A stretch of DNA of 64,000 nucleotides from Blastocladiella emersonii ATCC 22665 (Eukaryota; Fungi; Blastocladiomycota), in contig JANHCV010000014.1 of assembly GCA_025594325.1 (NCBI GenBank), forward strand, positions 558,001 to 622,000, in the 5' to 3' direction. The notes beneath the pieces were generated by a model, which had not been told where the DNA came from, did not search any database, and saw nothing but the letters and a program-made list of their open reading frames with translations. Of the stretch, positions 59,953 through 64,000 are shown in pieces (the stretch's first letter is position 1; each line of letters begins with the position of its first letter). The position numbers were made by a program, and so were the translations under genes.

Positions 59953-60174
59953 GTGGAGTCGTTCTTTCCTTTGTGTGTTCAGTAATCGCGTTTGTTTTTC
60001 CTACGACGCCGCTTGCGTGCCGAGTCCTCGCGGTGGTCATCCGCACGTGATGGGGTTCCTACGGGTCACACGGCCTACCCGCCCGGCTGGGGGCGTTTCT
60101 TCCGGCGCCCTCACTCGCCTGCTTGCTCTCTCCCGCTCGTAAAACTCGTAAACCACGCTAGCGAATGAAATAAA

Positions 60175-61598
60175 ATGCTTAGTGACGCTTCATCAACCAC
60201 CGACGGTCCACACGGCCCGCGCAACGACCTGGACTCGCTCCCTGTGCCCGTCGCCGCGCTCGTCGCCGCCCTGGCCACACCGCAGCTGCACGTTGCAGCT
60301 TCCTCGCGGACCCTCTACCTGACGCTTTGCCTGGCGCCTGTGCGGATCACGTGGATGCGCTATCTCGTCGGCTCCGCGCGCGTCAACGAGTTCAGCTCTT
60401 ACTACAACCTGGACGATCTCTACCCGTCAGCGAGACAGCTGCAAATGCCTTTTGCGTGGTTCCTCATGTCACTCTTTGACAAATGCCTGAACGACGACTC
60501 GGCCGCCCACCGCGGCGGCGCCGACCCGTCGCTTGCGCGCACCCGCCGCATCCACCCGTTCCAGACGGCGGACGTGATTGCGGCCTTCTTACCGCCCGCA
60601 GCCAGACTTCCTGCCTGCAGACGCGAGTCCTGCGGAGATCGTTGCCTTTGCCAAGAAACCGAGCGTCTTTCGTCCCGGCGAGTCGCCGCTTCTTTTTCGA
60701 CTGCGGGTCTGCGCCGTGGCGCCGCGTAAGCGCCGTTGAGATGCTTGGACTGCGCCCCATCGAGGTGCTCCGTCCCACTTTCCTGTCGTTCATGGACAGC
60801 ATTCCATTTGCGATCTCGCTCAAGGGAAACTGTGGACTGCGAGACGGACCGAATCGCGTTCCTTGACCTCGCGATGCAGCACGCTGAAACCGCCATGAAC
60901 ACGCTCACCAAGTACAGACTGACCTTAATCATTGACGCCGCTGTCGTTGTCGCGGTGGACTGGCCGAAACCGACAATTCCCAGTGCCGTCGACGCCGTCT
61001 TTCGCGTCATGGAGACGCGGCTACGCCAGGCGACCTTCGTCCACGCCATGGCTCACTGGTTTCGCGCGATTCTGGTCGTGCGCGAGTCGGACTTTCAGAC
61101 CCAGTCCGATTTCGAGAGCGCGGTCGCCAGCCGCGTCGCGACGCTCGAGGCAGCCTTTGAGCGCTTTCAGAGATCGTTTCTTGAGTCTTTCCACCGGAGC
61201 TCCGACCTCGAGGCCGAGCGGCACGCGGTTTACCTTGGAGATATGCTTAAGATGTTGTACCAGCCATCAGCGCTTGCTGAGACCAAGGACAAGGGTCACG
61301 GCGACCCGGCCGCATGGGCACTGGCTAAGCTTCTGACCGTTTTCATCCACAACGCGGCCGTATTCACGACATTCAAGGTCATCGACTGGACGTCCCCCAT
61401 CCCGCTGTGGATGTGGCGCGAGCTCGCGCCCATGTTCGCCAAGCACGGCAGCCACATCCCGAAGCACGCACACGATGCGGCGGCGAGGGAGGCCGCAGCT
61501 CGCGCGGCCAAGGGCGACGCGGCGCCCGCCCCGCGTTCATTCGCGCCGAGGTCATTGGCGCGGCCGCAGGCAGCACGCCGGCGAGCCGGGGCTGTTGA
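60175..61598 (+). pseudogene. Tandem-array copy B5 (frameshifts, large internal deletion)
   Basis: LDSLPVPVAALVAALATPQ..HPFQTADVIAAF, then frameshifts near 60585, 60840 and 61530. Basic patch and middle region missing. PIPLWMWRELAP..AARAAKGD C-terminus retained. Confidence 0.8.
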
Positions 61599-62030
61599 GG
61601 TCGCGTTCATTGGTTGTCCCTGTATCTGTCGTCTTGTACTTGAAAAGGAAGGTGTAATTGGCTTGCTCGTGTCGCGCTTCGTTGAGTCGTGCTACTCATC
61701 TGCACGTGGTGGCGCAACGCGAAACGTCCTGCCACGGCCATGTCCATGATCGGCCGCCCACGCGGCGGCCATTTTCGACCGGACCGTTTCGTGACACCCG
61801 CACGCATCGACGGAGAGGAGTTCCGTGGACATCCTCATGCGCGACCACTTTGTCGGTCGCCGACCTCGCGCGGTGCCTTCGCCGTCGCCATCAACTTGTC
61901 AGCGCTTGTACTCGCTCCCCGCTCACTGACCGCAGCCGCGGCGATGGCTCCCGGTCGCACTGCTCGATCTCTCTTACCCGCGCACGACATAATCTAAATC
62001 TCGGCCTATATGACTACCTCGAACGCTACC

Positions 62031-64000
62031 TTATACGGCGACAACAGCAGCCGCGGGCGCCACCGCCAGCTCGTCGCCCGCCATGCTCTCCACCTCCTCC
62101 TCCTCGTCCTCGTCGTCCTCTTCGGACTCGCCGTAGCCGTAGCCGCCGTGCGGGACCACCACCGGCGCGGCCGTCGCCGCGTACTCGGTCTCGGTCGCGT
62201 GGAACAGGACGCGGTCGAGGTCGCCGTGCCGCGCGACGAGCCGGCCCGCTGCCTCCGCGAGGACCGACTTGTTGGTGCGGATCGCTTCGATCTACACGGC
62301 CCAGTTTCGTTAGCCGACGGTACCAAAAACGCGCACGGCCCATTGCAAACCTACCGCCGTAACGCGCGCCATCTCGACGCGCGCCTTGTGCGCGGCGCGC
62401 CAGCCCTTGTGCTTGACGCACGCGTTCGCCGGGTTCTCGCACGCCACACCATCCTCCGCGGCGGGGCACCCGCACGTTCCCGCGGGGACACCCGCCGCGT
62501 GCTCGCTGATCCGGAGCAGGTCGGCCTCGCACTCGCGGACCCGCTCGCGCGCGGCGCGGAGCGCACGGACGGCGTTGAGCGCGTCGCGTGCGTCGGCGAG
62601 GTCGGCCGCGGACCAGAGCGCGTGGGCGGGGGCGGGGTTGGCGAGGAAGTCGGGGACGGCGATGGCGGCGCCGGAGACGACGGGGAGGTGTGCGGGGAGG
62701 GCGGCGGTGGCGGCGTGCGCGAACAGGTCGGCGCAGGTGCGGCCGCAGAAGGCCGACGGGAAGGCGGCGGTCAGCGGGCAGCCGGGGCCCGAGCATTGCA
62801 CGTGTTTCGTGATCACGCCGCGGCCGAGGGCTACGCATTGGGTTCGAGGGGAGGTGAGACGGGGTCAAGGTGAACGAGTGAGTGTAGAGTGTACCGGTGC
62901 AGTCCGGGCAAAAGTACTGGTCGAGCGAGTCGGACTCGGCCTGCGTGATGCTGATGCACGTCCCGTGGAACCAGTCCGCGCACCCGTCGCACCTACACCC
63001 GCACACGCATCGGTCAGTCACCGTCACACATTCTCCTCCACACCCGCCCAAACGTACCCGATATAGAACGAGTCGGGGTTATACGGCGTGCGGCAGACGC
63101 AGTAGAGCTCCTCAACGGGCTCCGGCGGCGGCGGCGGCGGGGCCTGCTCGGCGGCCGCAAGGTCGGCCTCGGACTTGACCCCCGCCGCCGCGTCCCCGCT
63201 GCTACCCGCGGCGTTCGCCGCCGCCCCCTTGTTGCCGTTCCCGCGCTTGTTGTTCCGCGCGCGCTTACGCGCCTTCTCGCCGCCGCGCGCCGTCGTCGAG
63301 GGCGCCGAGTCGTCGAAGGCGGCGTCCGGGTCGGTCTTGCGCCGCTTGGCCGCGGGCGCGGTGCCGCCCTGCGCGCCGCCGCCGCGGCGGTTATTGGTCG
63401 CGCCACCGGCGGTCGACTTCTTGCCCGTCTGCGCTGGCGCAGCGTCCTTGGCCGCACCCTTCTTCCCACCACTGGCCGGGAGCGGCCGCGGGGGCAGGGC
63501 CGCCCCGCCGTTCCACGCGGGCGGCGGGTGCGTCGACGCGTCGCTGGCCATGTAGACGGCGTGATCCACCCCATTCGCGGGCGCGGGCGACGAGTCGTGG
63601 TACCCCGCGTGCCCGTGCGCGTGGCCGGAGCGGCGCGACCCGGGCGTCGTGGACGACCCGGGGCCCGAGAGCGGGCGGCGCGGGAGGGAGAGGTTCGGCG
63701 GAGCCCCCGCGCTCCCCGCACGGGTCGGCGTCGCGCCCGGGTACCGCGAGTGCGGCGAGGCGAGGTCGGGGGTCGCGGTGCGGTGGCCGTGGTGGTGCGG
63801 GTGCGGGTGGTCGGTCGGGACGATCATGGGCGGGAGGGTACCGGGCTTGCCGGCGGCCGCGGCGTGCGCGTGCGCGTGCGCGTGCGCGTCAGGCGCGGGC
63901 TTGGGCTGGATCGGCGGGAGGTGCGACTGCCCGTGCGGGGGCGGCGGGTGGTAGTGGTCCCCGCCCGCGGGCCGCGGCGCCGTGTACCGGTCCCCGCCGC
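62031..64000 (-). CDS. SPP1/CFP1-like PHD-finger protein (COMPASS subunit-like), 5' end beyond the window
   Basis: YCVCRTPYNPDSFYIGCDGCADWFHGTCISITQAESDSLDQYFCPDC PHD finger and C-terminal CGCP..C..PANACVKHKGW. Introns 63057-62993, 62894-62831 and 62354-62292. The frame is open to 64000. Confidence 0.85.

Noticed and set aside
1-64000. rRNA, tRNA, CRISPR array, giant-virus or Starship hallmark genes
   Set aside because: None recognised: no regular repeat-spacer array, tRNA cloverleaf, capsid, polymerase or tyrosine recombinase motifs seen.

Overview
Eukaryotic genomic DNA with short GT-AG introns (55-83 nt, donors mostly GTACGY/GTGCGT, CTRAC-type branch points). It is most consistent with a GC-rich early-diverging fungus, possibly Blastocladiomycota-like; this is an inference. 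Islands of conserved, very GC-rich genes (verprolin, RPD3-type HDAC, surface tyrosinase, HAL2/MET22, SPP1/CFP1-like PHD protein, a secreted Cys-rich protein) alternate with a visibly less GC-rich accessory compartment. That compartment is dominated by one uncharacterised superfamily of ~720-810 aa proteins with an F-box-like N-terminus. Ten copies are present: five dispersed (A1-A5) and five in a tandem array at 51-62 kb (B1-B5). Half are disrupted, and six share a phase-1 intron at a matching position. It also holds an F-box gene, an ankyrin-like repeat gene, a disrupted DUF4470-type gene, a decayed LINE (APE-RT) remnant, a 933-bp non-autonomous Helitron-like insertion whose exact excision restores the interrupted reading frame, and a ~500-bp direct-repeat pair. 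The most unusual signal is an ~18-nt motif, consensus AATGAANACTTGATGCAA. It lies over or just after the start of nine accessory genes or gene remnants from unrelated families, in different reading frames, and was not seen at the housekeeping gene starts.
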